From assembly GCA_028534125.1 (NCBI GenBank), contig CM052816.1, positions 78,742,001 to 78,806,000 of the forward strand: DNA of 64,000 nucleotides, given 5' to 3'. Shown one piece after another: positions 26,620 through 40,088 of the stretch. The notes beneath the pieces are model-generated. The model worked only from the letters and a program-made list of their open reading frames with translations. It was not told the DNA's origin and did not search any database. The stretch is from Lama glama. Its lineage: Eukaryota. The translations under genes and the position numbers were made by a program. Every line of letters starts with the position of its first letter. Positions within the stretch are counted from its first letter, which is position 1.

Positions 26620-28745
26620 TGAAATCTTAGGCAGAAGTCTGCTATTGTTACTTTTTTCTTCATGTCTTCTGGGTTTTGAGTATTTCTTGAAAAGCCTTCA
26701 CCCAGTCTAAAGTTATAAAAGAATTGTACTTTCCAATGCTTTCTTCCAACATTTTAATGGGGTTTTTGTTTTGTTTCATTCTTCACCTAGCACTTTAATC
26801 CAATTGGAATTTGTTCTTATGTCTTCTGTGATGCAAAGATCTAATTTTTATATTTCTTCTCCTAAAATGATAGCCAAATACTCCAACACCATTTATTGAA
26901 TAGGCAATCTTTTCTTCATTTACCATATTTTTTTAATAGCTTTATTGAAGTGTAATTGATACACAATAAACTCTACATAGTTAAAGTGTACAATTTGGGG
27001 GGAGGGTATAACTCAGTGGTAGAATGTATACCTAGCATGCACAAGGTCCTGGGTTCAATCCCCAGTACCTCCATTAAAAAATAACAAACAAACAAATAAA
27101 GTGTACAACTTGATAAGTATGACATATGTATACACCCATGAAATCATCATTGCAACCAAGATAGTTTTTCTTAATATCTTAAATTTTATTTATTCACCTT
27201 TTGAATAGTTAATGAAGTCACATGTTTCAAAATTTAAATACACAAAATGTTATGTTGTAAAAAGTTTCTTTGTTACTCGTATTCAATTCCAGCCCCAACT
27301 GTTCATTTCAATCAATGTCATTAGTTTACTTTGCATTCTCACAGAGACAGTTTTTTATGCATATATTCATTACTATATATCAATTATACTTCAGGAAACG
27401 GCTAAAAATATAAGGGAGGAAAAGATTGACTATCCAAAAATAGAAATATTTATGCATATATAAGCAAACATATATATTGTACATCCACAAACCAGCATAT
27501 GATACATGTTGTTTTTCTTCACCAATGTATTTTGGACATCATTTAAATAGATTCCTCATTCTCTTTTACTTGTACTTAGAATTCTGTCGTATGGATATAC
27601 TCAACAAATACATACTACATGTGAAGCACTTTCCTAAGCTCTAATATATCAGTGAGCAAAGCAAACAAAAATCCTTTTTTCCTTCGTAGAGCTTATATTC
27701 TAATGAGATTGATCGTAGTTTATTAACCAGCTCCCTAATAATGGATATTTAGATAGTTTTTAATTTTTTGCTATTACGAACAGTGCTCTAGTGGGTACCC
27801 TATATATGTCATTTTGCACAAATGCAAATATATCAGAATACAGTTCTAGAAGAGGCATTTCTGGGTCAAAGTGTATGTACATTTGTAACTGATATGATCA
27901 TATTATTCTCAGTAGAGGATAAATCAGTTTACACTCCTACCAGCAATACATTGATAGTGCTGGTTCCTCCGTTCATTGTTCTATGCAGGTTTTTTATTTT
28001 TGCCAGTTTAGCAGGCAAAAAGATGACCAGTCATTGTAGAGTTATTTGCATGTTTCTTTTGATGGATGGTACTGGGCATCTTTTCATATCTTTAAGAGCC
28101 ATTTCTATTTCATATCTTTTGTCTGTTTATCTATTGAATTGTTAGTCTTTCCTTGCTGATTTATAAAAGGCATGTGTTAGGAAGTTTTGGCCTTTTCTGT
28201 GATTTAAGCTTCTAATATTTTGACCAGTTTGTCATTTATCTTTTGATATTTGATCAGTTTTGCCTTACATAAATTTTCATTTGTATGGAATTTAAATGAT
28301 CAATCTTTCCTTTTTTGGATTCTGGGAGGTTTTATGGTACTAAGAAAAACATTTCCCACTGCAGGATTATAGAAAAGACTCCAGTGATTTCTTCTTGAAT
28401 TTTTATTATTTCACTTTTTGAATTTAAATGTTTTATTTGCCTGGAATTACCATGCCATAAAATAAGGACCCAACTTAATTTTTCTTTCCTAGATGACTGC
28501 CCAACACAATTTGTTAAATAAATTTTCTTTTCTCCATTGATTTTAAATGCCATCTTTATAACTACTGAATTTCCACAGATATTTATGTCTGTGTCATGCC
28601 TTTTTACTCTGATCCATTGATCTATCTGCATATGTGCCAATACAGCAGGTTTAGTTATTGCAGCTTTGTGATTTACTGCTCTTGGTTTTTCAATTGTCTT
28701 AGCTATTCTTGCTTGCTTATTTTCCCACGAGTACTTTAACATCAG
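26620..28745 (-). mobile_element. Cluster of old, fragmented L1M sequence
   Basis: ORF 28332-28742 contains QIDQWIRV...ICGN, a decayed L1 ORF2 motif; T-rich L1-like flanks. Confidence 0.7.
26997..27096 (+). mobile_element. Camelid-type tRNA-derived SINE inserted in an old L1
   Basis: ggggagggtataactcagtggtagaa...gggttcaatccccagtacctcc + A-rich tail; TSD taaagtgtacaa(t/c)ttg on both sides. Confidence 0.92.
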
Positions 28746-30047
28746 CTCATGTATTCCAGTATCTTATTATTTTGTTGAGATTTCCCAGGGAGCCCAATAT
28801 ATAGCATTTCTTTTCTCTGTCCAGGTTATGAACAAAGTAAGAATAAAGGTAAAGAATTAGGCATATGGGAAATAAAATATAACCTTTATTAGAGACTACG
28901 GCTGAGTTGGATAGCCAAATATACCTCCAAATGGCCTTGTGAACTAAACCTAGAATTAGGCAGATATGTCCCCAAGCCACAGGCAACCTTGGACTGGGGA
29001 TGGCCTCTTGAAATGGGAACTGTTCAGGTAAGACTCTTGAAATCATGATCCTTGTGGCCTGCTCACTTCCAAGAAAAAGGAAGGAATGGAGCCAAGAAGG
29101 TCTACTTCATTCTTCCCAAATTTGCCAGAGAAGGAGATGGAGGACTGAGTTAGAAAGAGGCCTTGAAAATTAACCCTCTACAGGGAAGAAAGCTCAGGCT
29201 TTCTCTTCTAACAATTTGATGTTGGGCAGAGTAAATTATTATTCCACATTTTTAGATGAGATACATAGTACACAGAGATGTTAAGAAGAGACATAGAAAC
29301 CTCCATCTCCTACTTCAGTTCACTCTGTATGCAAAGCTTTGTTGCCTTCAACAAACCCCCTATGTTAATTACATTGTTAGAGTCTCTCATTTCCATGTAA
29401 ACATAGTAGAAATCATAAAGATAAATTTCTCCATTGGTTTCTTTTCTTCATTGACAAGATTTACAAATAATCCTTAATACAATAAATAATCCAAATAATC
29501 TTCAAGCCGACCTTGAACTACTTCCATTTGGAATTCTGACATTGAGATCTACTCTTTTCAGTTTCAGGACAATATCATCTATCTTTCTGGCATCTATCAC
29601 ATAGCTTGTTCCTGTCTGACCCTTACCTCATATTCATTAACCCCAAAGTGATGCCAACTTCCATGCACAGTTTCTTCTCCATTGTGTATTTTCCATACCT
29701 TTGACAGTATCTATGGGGTTATTGCTGTGGACCCTAAAACTGAAGGAGAAATACCCAGCATCCTCCAATTTTCTGAATTTGAAGCTAGAATTACCTAAAA
29801 CCAATCCTCTACCTTATACCCAATCTACTTCTCTCCCACAGGATTGGCTGCACCAAAACTGATCAAACATAGTGGATCAAACTTGTTTCTTCAGTTTCTT
29901 AGCTCTTCCTAATCTACATGTTCCTCTAGGTGGTAAATCCATCCTACCCCTCCAACCCCTGCACCCTACCCTTGAGACCATGACTCTGCGGAATTCCAGG
30001 GCAGGGACATTACTCCCAAACATATGTTCTGAAACAAAATAACGCTT

Positions 30048-30155
30048 ACTTTTATTTTATTGTTATTGTTATTTTATTTATTTTTTGGTGGGGGGAGATA
30101 ATTAGGTTTACTTATTTATTTATTCTTAGAGGAGGTCCTGGAGATTGAACCCTGG
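30048..30155 (-). mobile_element. 5'-truncated camelid-type SINE
   Basis: Tail gggggagataattaggttt and B-box part gattgaaccctgg shared with the other copies. Confidence 0.8.
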
Positions 30156-31424
30156 TGCTTACTTTTAGATAGATATATCAATATGCTAGGTGCCCAAAGG
30201 AAGAGAGAGAACCATCTTAAATGTACATCATTATTGGAACCAAAGGAGAAGAATGAATTTACTTTTGAATGTACTGATGAAAAAGAATTCAGCTTTATTG
30301 CATAACCTCCTAAAGTCATGATTACAACAGGCTTTTATGGTCTTTCTGTCTGTGTGTGGTGGTTTTTGGTTTGGTTTTTTTTTTTTTTTTTTTTAGTTTT
30401 AAAAATTATTCTCTGTCTTAGTGCTGCTACTGAGTTCAAGCATACTCTGCTGAAGAGCTTGGTAATGTTCGTCACAGCATCTGTCTTGTATTTTGGGAGG
30501 CCCGTGGAACTTAATTAGAAAGAAAGTTGGCTTTAATTTCTTCTTTTAGTCCCCCCACTTGAAAAAATAAAGCCTGGCTGTTTGAAGACCCATTTAAAAA
30601 ATCGTTCTTTAGTTTCCCCTTGATTTGTGTTTATTGCTAAAAGTTTTCCCAGGGGAGGGCTGAAGGCAACCCTAGAACAGTTCAGGCGGTCTCTCTTATT
30701 TCTTTTCTATCCTCGGGCTCCAGATAAGAGCCCTGAAGAAGGGAACACATTCAGTCCTCACAGCGGGACATCAGTACTTTATAATAACCTCTCCCACAGC
30801 CCCAAGCACTATTCACTTTGTACTAGTACCCTTAACCCAGCACAAAGGAAGACTTTGAACGTCCCTGGACCCCACATCCCTGCTGAGAGCCCAGGATGCA
30901 GGATACTGCGCAGCAGTCCTCAGAAAGCCCCCTAATTTTATTTCTGTCTCTGATTTCTGGGCCAGAGTCTTCTACCCGAACAGGGGGAAGGGCAGCTGTG
31001 TAAATAAATACAGATGACTGCAACTGCCTGCACACTTCCCCAACTGCCTGCTACACTCACATAGACTCTGTGACTTTGTGCAGGGTGGATGAAGACATGG
31101 GCCCAATGTGCAACAACACATGGTATTCTTCAGAGAGAAAATTGTCTGGTGTTAAGCACGCAGGAGAGTGTTCTGTATACAGCAGGGATATAGGGCTGCT
31201 GGCTGACCAGAAACAGTTAACTGTATCATAGGACTGTAGTTAAGAACTTGAAAAAGCCTGTTCACCTAAAGCCAATAAATCATTCATTCAACAAACATTT
31301 ATTGAGAATCTACTTCAAACAAAGCATTTTTCTAAGTGTTTATGGGGACGGTTGGCAAAACTCAATGAGGTCTGTGTATGCCTTCAAGACTGTGGATCAG
31401 AGCAAAGGGATGAGTAGTGACTAA

Positions 31425-31635
31425 CGGTGTAGTTTCCGAAAGCAACTGGCCTTGATTTGAGTTCTAACTCCATTACCTACTAGCTATGTGGCCTTGGGCA
31501 AGTTGCAAACTCTTTCTGAGCTTCAATTTCCTTGTCTCTAATATCATCTGCCTCATACTATTATCGTGAGAATTAAATGAAGTGATGCACAGTGTCTGCT
31601 ACGTGATCAACATTCAACCTAGAGATTAGCTATCA
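31425..31635 (+). mobile_element. MIR SINE
   Basis: gccttgggcaagttg...ctgagcttcaatttcctt core. Confidence 0.7.
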
Positions 31636-31654
31636 TATTAGATAAGATATGATC

Positions 31655-32065
31655 TAAGCTACTGTAGCAAAGAGGCCCCCAAATCCAGCAGCATAGCATA
31701 ATAGAAACTTATTTTCTCTGTTCAGAGCTGAGAGGTCTGGGGCTGTAATGATATCTTTGCCATTTTCAAAACGTAGTTTCATCTCTAAGACCCAGATGGT
31801 CGTTCCAGCCCTCATCACATCCCAGCTGGCAAGAAAGGGAAAAGGCCAGGAGAGGCCCTGCTTATTCTTTTTAAGGGAATAACCCAGAAATGGCACATTC
31901 CGTTTTTGGTTACATCACATGTGCCACAATTTAGTCATCTGATGGTGTCAAGCTGCATTAGAAGGGCAGGAATTGTAAGGTCTGGCTGGCCACGTGCTCA
32001 GCTAAAACTTACAACTTATGCTGTGTGAAATGATTGCCACGAACCATCTCCGCTATCAGTGTTAC
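31655..32065. mobile_element. MLT1-type (MaLR) LTR
   Basis: Characteristic end ctaagctactgtagcaaa...cccaaatcc...ttattttctct. Confidence 0.6.
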
Positions 32066-32799
32066 CCAGCCATAGGGCCATGGGAGCCTCAGAAGTCATA
32101 GGAAGTAGACTCCTGGACACACGGGAGAAGGAAAAAACATTTTCAATGGAGGGAGACAGAGCTCAGAGGCATCAGAGAGGGGGTGTGATCAGAGCACACT
32201 GAGAAGTCCAGATTACCTGCAGTGTAATAGCAGTATGCGTGCGAAGCAAAGCCAGAGCCCACTGAAGGGCCCCAGATGCTTGGACTGCATTTTTCAGGCA
32301 GTGAAGAGAGAGAAAGGCTTTTTTTTTTTTGGAGGGGAGGAAGAGAGAGGGAATGTGGTTTAAGAACACATATCTGATAGTAGTGAATAGGCAAGGAGGT
32401 GAATGACCAATTGTGGAAGTCATTTCAATAAACCAGGGATGAGGTTTTGAGGCCCTGAACTGGGCCAAGGTGGTGGTGGGATTGGTCAGATAGAACTGGA
32501 GGGGAGGCACCTTTGGAAACAGAATCACCAGGGATATGATAACTGATTGAGTATGGGTGTGAGAAAAATGGGTCAAGAACAACCCAGATTTTTCAGCTTG
32601 GCTTTTGTCAGGACAACGATGTCATGAACAAGGACAGGAAAGCTGGGAGGAGGAGAGAGAAGAGCCAGGATTGGGTAGCATCTTGTGAGCCAGGGAAGGA
32701 GAGAGTTTCATGGTACCCTTAAAGTTGAATTTACTTTTATTTTTTTGGGTACTTGTTTAATGTCTGCTCTAGACATTAGAGCATGAGACTATAAACTTA

Positions 32800-33280
32800 C
32801 CTATAGCTGTGCAATAAACCATCTCAAACTTTGTGGCATAAAACAAACAAAAATTCTTCATTACTATTATCTCTTATGGTTCTGAAGGTTGACTTGAATC
32901 AGCTAAGTGACTGTCACTCAGGATCTCTCTGTTCTAGCCAGACAAGAGCTGGAGTTGGAATCATCCCCAAAACTCACACGTCTGGTTGATGGTGGCTATC
33001 AATTGAGACTTCAGCTGAGACTGTTGGCCAGAAAACCTCTATGTGACTGTGACCTCTCCACGTGGCCTGGGTTGTTCATAGCATGGTGACTGGGCTCCAG
33101 GAACACACATCCTAGACAGAGCCAAGCAGAAGCTGTATCGCTGTTCATTACAGAGTCACACAGCGGCATTTCTACTGCATTTGATTCATTAGACGTGAAT
33201 CACTGACGCCAGCCCATGTTCCACGGCTTGATGAGAGGACTGGTCAGGAATTTGTGAACATGTTTTAAGCTATCACACTC
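32800..33280. mobile_element. MLT1-type (MaLR) LTR
   Basis: gctgtgcaataaaccatctcaaactttgtggcataaaacaa...cctctccacgtggcctggg. Confidence 0.7.
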
Positions 33281-33917
33281 CGTGAGGTCAGAGGCCTGAC
33301 CTGTCTTATTTTAAACCACTGTATTGTTAATGCTTATGGAAGAAGTCACATAGTGTGTGGTCAATGAAAGTCTGTTGAACAGGAGAATGAAGAGAAAAAT
33401 CAATCCATTCCAGTGCCACAGAATATCCAGGCTAAGGACTGGGGAATGTTGGCCCTTGCTGTTCATTACTAGCCTGACACCTGTGCATCATCACTTCTAC
33501 ATGGGGAAATTCTGATTTTAAGTAGCTGACACTAATAACACTGGGAGAGTGGAAACACCACAATTCCTTTTTATTGGGCTACCGGCTCCTGAATATGGCA
33601 CAAGTGGATCTGAGAGGTGTTAAAGATAAAATGAAGCATTTAAAAAAATTTAAGAGTTCATTTGGGCAAAATCTGATTTGAATCAAGCAGCATCTGATCC
33701 AGCAGATAGAAAGGAGCTCCGATTAACTGCACAAAGCAAAAGACTTTAACAGGTGAAAGAGAATAGGAGGAAGGAAGTTATGAGACAAAAAAACAGGTTG
33801 GTTATTGCAAAGTTACTTCCTTTAGGGGATGGCAGGGGTCTAAGAGCCATATTGCCTGACTGGTGCTGATCAGGAGATTCCTAGTTGACTGGTTGAAGAT
33901 TCCATCTCTGGGGGATC

Positions 33918-34492
33918 TGAGATGCCCTGTGGGGCCCTCCTGGCTGCAAATCCTTTCCATGTCCACGGTTTCTTGTTTGTAGGAAACAGACTTCATTCAG
34001 CCTCCTACAAACTTCCCTGAATTGCAAAGGGCAGATTCAAAGAGTTTCTAATCAGGGAAGTAAGGGAATGCAGAAACAAAGGAGGGGCAATCAAAAAACA
34101 ATAGTGCAGCGATTAAAGCTGGGTGCTGGCTCCTCCTCAAGGGATATACAAAACTGTGTATCTTTGAGTTCTTCTGCAGGAACTACACCCGCCCTTCCCC
34201 CAGGTGGGTGATGGTAACTTCAGGCTGAGCACAGAGGGTCCCTGAAGCATCTCCCTGTTACCTCACCATCAACCAAGCAGAAGAAAGTCACATACCCGGC
34301 AGCCCTCAACTCAAATTTTTCCTATAAAAATTTCTCCCTGAAAACCATCAGGGAGTTTGGGGTTTTTCTGAGCACAAGCCACCAATTCTTTTTGTTTGGC
34401 CCTGTTATACACTTTCCTCTGCTCCAAACTCCAACGTTTTGGTTTGTTTGGCCTCACAGCGTGTCAGGCACATGAACTTGTGTTCGGTAATA
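33918..34492 (+). mobile_element. Solo LTR of a different ERV family nested in the provirus 3' LTR, opposite orientation
   Basis: Interrupts LTR-LTR homology after ~33917; homology resumes at tataatt...gtgacatggg (~34491-34512); TATA-like cctataaaa at 34321; LTR-like 3' end ...ttcggtaata. Confidence 0.75.
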
Positions 34493-36525
34493 TAATTCTC
34501 TGGTGACATGGGTAAACCTGTGTTCAGTAGTTAATGTTTCAGCATTTTATCTTATTTGGAAAAGATCAGATAGTCAATGAATATTCATCATTTAGTTTAT
34601 CTCCGTGCAACTTAAAGGTTTCAAGTTACCAAAAAGATTATGGAAACTATGTTAAAGTAGACTTACCAGAAAGCATAATAATTGTTGAAAAGTTTATTTA
34701 TAGACTTTCATGTCTATTTAATTTACTTGTTCTTAACAATTATGTTTGGATCATTCATATAACTTTCATGAGACATTAAATAGCCAATCATCACTTAAAG
34801 TTCTCTCTCTTGGCAGATAAATTCTGTAACAGAGATAGCATGAGGTTATTTGACTTGGTAAACTTAGGTAGAATAAAGGTCTTCTATTTAATGCTGATAA
34901 CTTTAAAGACCAACGTTTTAATTAAGCCAACAAACTCAAAACTAGCTTTTATTTATTGAAGATTATCCTGGATCACATGAACTTGAGGAACATTTGAATT
35001 AGTTTCTACATTTCTGAGAGTGTACATGATATACATAAGTGCTTGTTTGTCTTTAAGCCTATTAAGTAGAGATTTTTAGAAATTAATTTTGGCAATACCT
35101 TCCCATGGTAGAAAAATATCACACATCTATAAATACATACTTAGACAGACATAAACATACATACTCAACCAGAACTCTTACAGCTTTTGTTTTAAAATTT
35201 TAATCATGAGACTAGTATGATGATATAAAACTCTTCAGTTCAAAAAATAACAGAGCCAAAATGTATTTCTGGCAGAAGTTAAGATTGCCTGTTCAGATGG
35301 CTAATGCTTTTTGCTAATGTTTGTGAAAGAGATTTTTTAAAATTGAAGTATAGCTGATTTACACTGTTGTGCTTTGTACAATGTTGTACACCAGAGACTA
35401 ATGTATAGCATGGTGATTGAGTGATTAAAAGAGACTTTTAAGTTTTATTTTTATTGGCCTAGTTTTCAAAATACCCTTTCCTTTTTTTTTCTCCTTCTGT
35501 TAAGACTTACCTCAATTCCTGGAAAAGACCAGCAGAACAGCTACATCTCAAAGGGCACAGAGAAAGAGGGTAAGTTCCACCAAGAAGGACGTTAGTTTCC
35601 TAAGTCCAGATCTTTTACAGTATCTTCAAGTCTTTTGAGATGAATAGGGGAGGTTTTAAAGGACTTATAAAAAAAGAATACGTGGGCTTTGAATTGTTTC
35701 TAGAGCTACATTTCTGTTCTTGTAAAAGACTCAGTTTGTAAGACAAGTGCTGTGGTTTTTAATTTCTTAAGGAGCTAGGTTGCAACCTGGATGGTAGGGA
35801 GGCTGCCCCACATCCAACTAGACATCTTCAAATTGTTTCTTTATATCTGGGAGAAGCTCTTCAGATAAGATGAAAATCAAAAGATTCCTATGTTCCAGAT
35901 TTAGAGCTGTGTCGATTTAGTGCTTTTTTGGAGTGTTTTAGTGAATCCTTCCACAAAGTCTTCAGAAAGGTTTTCTTTCCTGCTGGGTACATAGTTTCAT
36001 TTTAGCTTAGGGGAGATGACCTCAAAAAAAACTCCTATCAGGCTCTGAATATCAGCTACTGATTTGCCCAACTTCAGAACACAGAGATAATAAAAATGAA
36101 TAAGTAAATAAAGGTAAAAGAAAAAATAATTTCAAATGTCTTGTCAGGTTTCAGCAGGTACAAAGAGCAAATATTCCTGGCGGTACCAAATGACTCCATG
36201 AACACAGAGGAGTTCCCAAAGAGGGCGCAAAATATATGACCTTCCCAAGATCCGGAGCCTCTCTCAGATAATCAAAAGAAAGACTCAGATAATTCCCCTG
36301 AGAGCTGGCAACAGTTTGTAGAATCCCAGCTGCGAATGAATTGCAACTCAAATTTCTATCTGGCTGTATTTTGGGGGCCTCTAACCTAACAGTTGTCAAG
36401 TCAAGTTCTCAGGAGACAAAAAAGAGACAAATAAGAAGTGGATAGTTGCCTCTGGGAAAGGATGGACAGCCAACGGGTACCTGAAAGCAGATTCACAAGT
36501 CACAATTCAAAGATCTGATTCTTAC

Positions 36526-36632
36526 TTTCCTTCCTTCCTCTTCCTTCCTTCCTTCCTTCCTTCCTTCCTTCCTTCCTTCCTTCCTTCCTTCCTTCCTTCC
36601 TTCCTCTCTTCCTCTCTTTCTTTCTTTCTTTT
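36526..36632. repeat. (TTCC)n / pyrimidine-rich microsatellite
   Basis: Directly visible. Confidence 0.95.
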
Positions 36633-37286
36633 TTGCCCGCCAATGTAAAAGGAAAGGACAACATGAAACTTTACCTTCTCTCCCGAGCTGGCACCACAGA
36701 CTGGGAGCACTGACTTGGCTAAGAATTTTCACTGTTTGCAGGCTTCTGCCAGTTTTCCCAGGATCCTGTCTGCAGGTTCTGGATTGAGCTGGGTGTCCCA
36801 GTGGGTCTCACCCTGGTCACCAAAAACTGTAGAGGAGGAAAAATAATTCTCCTTCTACCCTTGGTGGTGAGTGCTTGGCTGAGACCACTTTCTCTCTAGG
36901 GGCACCTCATAGATAAGCCTATCAAGATTAAAAATTGGCCACTGTAATTCCAGATTATCTTTGGTGAGGTTAGCCTCTTTGTTCAGCCTTAAAAAGACAT
37001 TTTGCTCAGCTGAGGCCTCCCAGTTCCTATGTTGGACCCCAGTCTGAACCTGAACCTAGTCCAGTTTCTAAGTCAGACCTGGTCCAATGCAGACTGGTTT
37101 CTAAGTTGAAACCACTTTGTCACTTTCTGAGCCTAGTCAGTAAAAAGAAATGTTTAAATAAAGCCTAAAAACTCAAAGCTGAAAAACTGGGGAGAGGGTC
37201 TTTCCCACCACCTCCAGGGGCAGCAAGAGGGCAGAGAGGTCAAGGGGCTCCCCAGGGGCCTCTGTCTGATCCTGGTGGGGATTTCC

Positions 37287-37309
37287 TTCGACCCCCTCTT
37301 CTGATACCA
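37287..37309 (-). other. Primer-binding site, tRNA-Leu-like
   Basis: Plus strand ttcgaccccctcttctgatacca versus recalled tRNA-Leu(CAA) 3' end ttcgaatcccacttctgacacca (4 mismatches in 23), 4 nt inside the LTR boundary. Confidence 0.7.
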
Positions 37310-37313
37310 GAAC

Positions 37314-37694
37314 TGTTAAAAGACACATTGAGACATATGACAAATTTTAAGAGTTTGAGCAAAAATCGATTCAAATCAGACAGCATCCAATTTAGCAGAC
37401 AGAACGGAGCTCGAAGCAGCTGTACAAAATGAAAAGACTTTATAGGCAAAAGGGAACAGGAAGAAGGAAATTATATGAGGCCAAAAAGCAGGCTGGTTAT
37501 TTCAAAGTTACTTTCTTTTAGGAGATGGCAGGGGTCTATCAGGCAAATTGCCTAACTAGTGCTGATCAGGTGATTCCTAATGGACTGGTTTAAGATTCCA
37601 TTTCTGGGAGAGCCGAGACTATAATTAAGTCAGTTTTGTGACATGGGGCTTAGCATAAGTGACTCCATTTTGGGCCTGTTGTCTTGTTTTTCCA
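37314..37694 (-). mobile_element. 5' LTR of the provirus
   Basis: Aligns by eye with 33618-33917; ends in ...TTTAACA on the minus strand, followed by the PBS. Confidence 0.85.
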
Positions 37695-37769
37695 GAGGCA
37701 TAGCTAAACCATATGTCCTCATCCTGCAAAGGGATGGTTTTCTGCTTTTACCCAAAGGTAAAGGTGATA

Positions 37770-38391
37770 TAGTAGTTTTTTTTTTTTTCTTCTGCTGCCT
37801 GACAAATTACCACAGACTTAGTGGCTTGAAACAAGACTTGTGCATTAGCTCATAATTCTGTACCTCAGTAGTCTTGGGATCATGACTCAGGGTCTTACAA
37901 AACTCCAAGCAAGCTGTTGGTCAGACTGCATTCTCAGCTAGAGCTTGGGGTCCTCTTCCAAACTCATGTGGTTGTAGAAAGTTCAGTTCCTTGTAGTTGT
38001 AATATTGAGGTCTCTGCTTCCTTGCTGACTGTCAAGGGGCTACTCTCAGAGACTAGAAACAGCCTATAGTTCTTGTCAAGTGGCCCCCTCCATTTTCAAA
38101 GCCAGAAGTGGAGAATTTCTCTCTCATTGAATTCCTCTCTTATGCTTCACACTCTCTGACTTTCTGTCTCTGACCATTGGGTCCAAATTTAAAGGGCTAC
38201 AGGGATTAGGTCAGACTCACCTGCATAATCTCCTTATTTTAAGGTCCATTGATTTGGGAACATGGTTACATCTGAAACTAGTGTTTGAATAACTGGGAGT
38301 TCACAGCAGTAGTGTCTGAATAACTGGGAGTAGGTGTATGTACACCAGGGCCAGGAATCTTGGAGGCTATTTTAGAAATCTGCTTCCCACA
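37770..38391. mobile_element. MLT1-type (MaLR) LTR
   Basis: gctgcctgacaaattaccacagacttagtggcttgaaacaa...ttagaaatctgcttcccaca. Confidence 0.78.
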
Positions 38392-38545
38392 ATGGGAAAT
38401 TTCCCAAACTTAGGGAGGTGTACAGGTGGCTCAAATGTTGGGAAATCAAAAACTTTACCATGGCCACTACAGGAAGAAAGAGGAAAAATAGAGGCATAGG
38501 AAAACTAAAAGATAAGAATCTGAGATTGAAATTATGAATTCTACT

Positions 38546-38659
38546 GGGGGGGGAACTGGTGGGGGTATAGCTCAGTTGGTAGCGCACATGCTGAGCATGC
38601 ATGAGGTACTTGGTTTGATCTCCAGTACCTCCATTTAAAGAAACAAAAAAAAAAAGGAA
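38546..38659 (+). mobile_element. Camelid-type tRNA-derived SINE
   Basis: gggggtatagctcagttggtagcgc... + poly-A; TSD atgaattctact (38534-38545, 38660-38671). Confidence 0.92.
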
Positions 38660-39204
38660 ATGAATTCTACTAGGGAACTAAACAGAGTTGGGCAAAAAGA
38701 ATGTGGAACAATGTTGAAAGCTTGGCTGAAGTTAGATGCAGAAAATAGCAACAGAAGCCCTTGGTACTATTAATGATTTCTTATGCAATTAACTGCAATA
38801 AGTATAAAAAGATGAAGTTGGAGATATTAAATGGAGGTGTTTGCATAGCATAGGGATTGGGGATTGCAAGGCAAACAGAGCATGGGTCATGGAAGCAAAG
38901 GGTCATGGTAAGAACATCACTGCAGGAAAAGGAGCTGTAGGTCCTAATTCTCTTTCTTTATCTAGAAAGTAAGGAGTTTGCAGTGGATGATGTCTGACCC
39001 TTAGCACTCTAGCATCTGTGAGTGTCTGTTGTGGCCACAGGGTCCTGCTGAGTGAGAAGGCAGGGGAATGATGCCAGCAGAGTAGAAGAGTAGGAACTGG
39101 AAGTCAGGATGAGGACAAAGATTGGGTTCATTAGGATTTGATGGGATAAGATAGTGTCAGGGTAAGAGCTGGATAAGAGTTAAGTAAGAAGTTGATTTTA
39201 TGCT

Positions 39205-40088
39205 ATTTCTCATAACATTTAAAAACCTTATAGCAATATACTTCCTCTTACCCCGCCCTTTCTTTGTTCTATTACTGTGATAGATTTTTACTTCTCCTTA
39301 GGGTATAAATCTCACAGTTCATTTTTTGGTTTGTTTTAAAAGTCAATTATTGTTTAAAGACTTTAAAAATGAGAAATAAGTGTCTTTTATATTTATCTCC
39401 AGAGGTTTAAATTTCCATCTGAAATTATTGTCCTTCAGCCTGAAGCACTTCCTTTAACAACGGCAATGAATTCTCTCAGCTTTTGTTTGTCTGAAAATGT
39501 CTTTTTTTCAAATTCAGTTTTGAAGGTTTTTTTTTTCTTTTTTTAAAATAGAATTCTAGATTGACTTCCACTCCTCTCTCTTTACACTTGAAAAAACTGT
39601 GGTCCATTTCCTCCTGGCTAGGTCTTTTTATTTTCCTTTAATGGAAGACTGGATAGATTTGCTGTGTGATGCAATTAATTTACTGGCAGATCGGCTTCAT
39701 CATTTGGAGGGTTGTTTTTAAGTTTTATTAAAATTAGACTGGAGTCACTTTTACTCTATGGTTAGTGTGGCCCTAATTCTAAGACAGGCCCTCTTTTTTT
39801 ATTTTTTGTTGAAGTATAATTTATAATGTTGTGTTAGTTCTAGTGTACAGCATGGTGATTCAGTTATACATAGATATGTATTTTTTTCATATTCTTTTTC
39901 ATTATGAGTTATTACAAACTATTGGATATAGTTCCCTGTGCTATACAGTAAGACCTTGCTATTTATCCATTTTGTATATAGCAGTAGTTTGTATCTGCTA
40001 ATCTCAAACTCCTAATTTGTTCCCCCCGCTCCCTGCACCCACTTCTCCCTGTCTTTTCCCTTTGGTAACCATAAATTTGTTTTCTATA
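39205..40088 (-). mobile_element. Old L1M fragment plus younger L1 3'UTR (39795-40088)
   Basis: aattctctcagcttttgtttgtctgaaaatgtc (old L1) followed by the ttgaagtata...ggtaaccataa 3'UTR. Confidence 0.75.

Larger units (their letters stand above)
33618..37694 (-). mobile_element. Non-autonomous ERV1-type provirus (MER4-group-like internal region) with two LTRs
   Basis: Homologous LTRs starting TGTTAAA at 33618 and 37314; TG...CA termini; 4-bp TSD GAGG (33614-33617, 37695-37698); PBS next to the right LTR; AT-rich interior with no gag/pol/env ORF. Confidence 0.85.

Noticed and set aside
26997..27096. tRNA-like sequences (also 6746, 38546, 40454, 42100)
   Set aside because: A-rich tails and TSDs identify them as SINEs, not tRNA genes.
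36493..36732. ORFs with EGRK repeats
   Set aside because: Translation of the (TTCC)n microsatellite.
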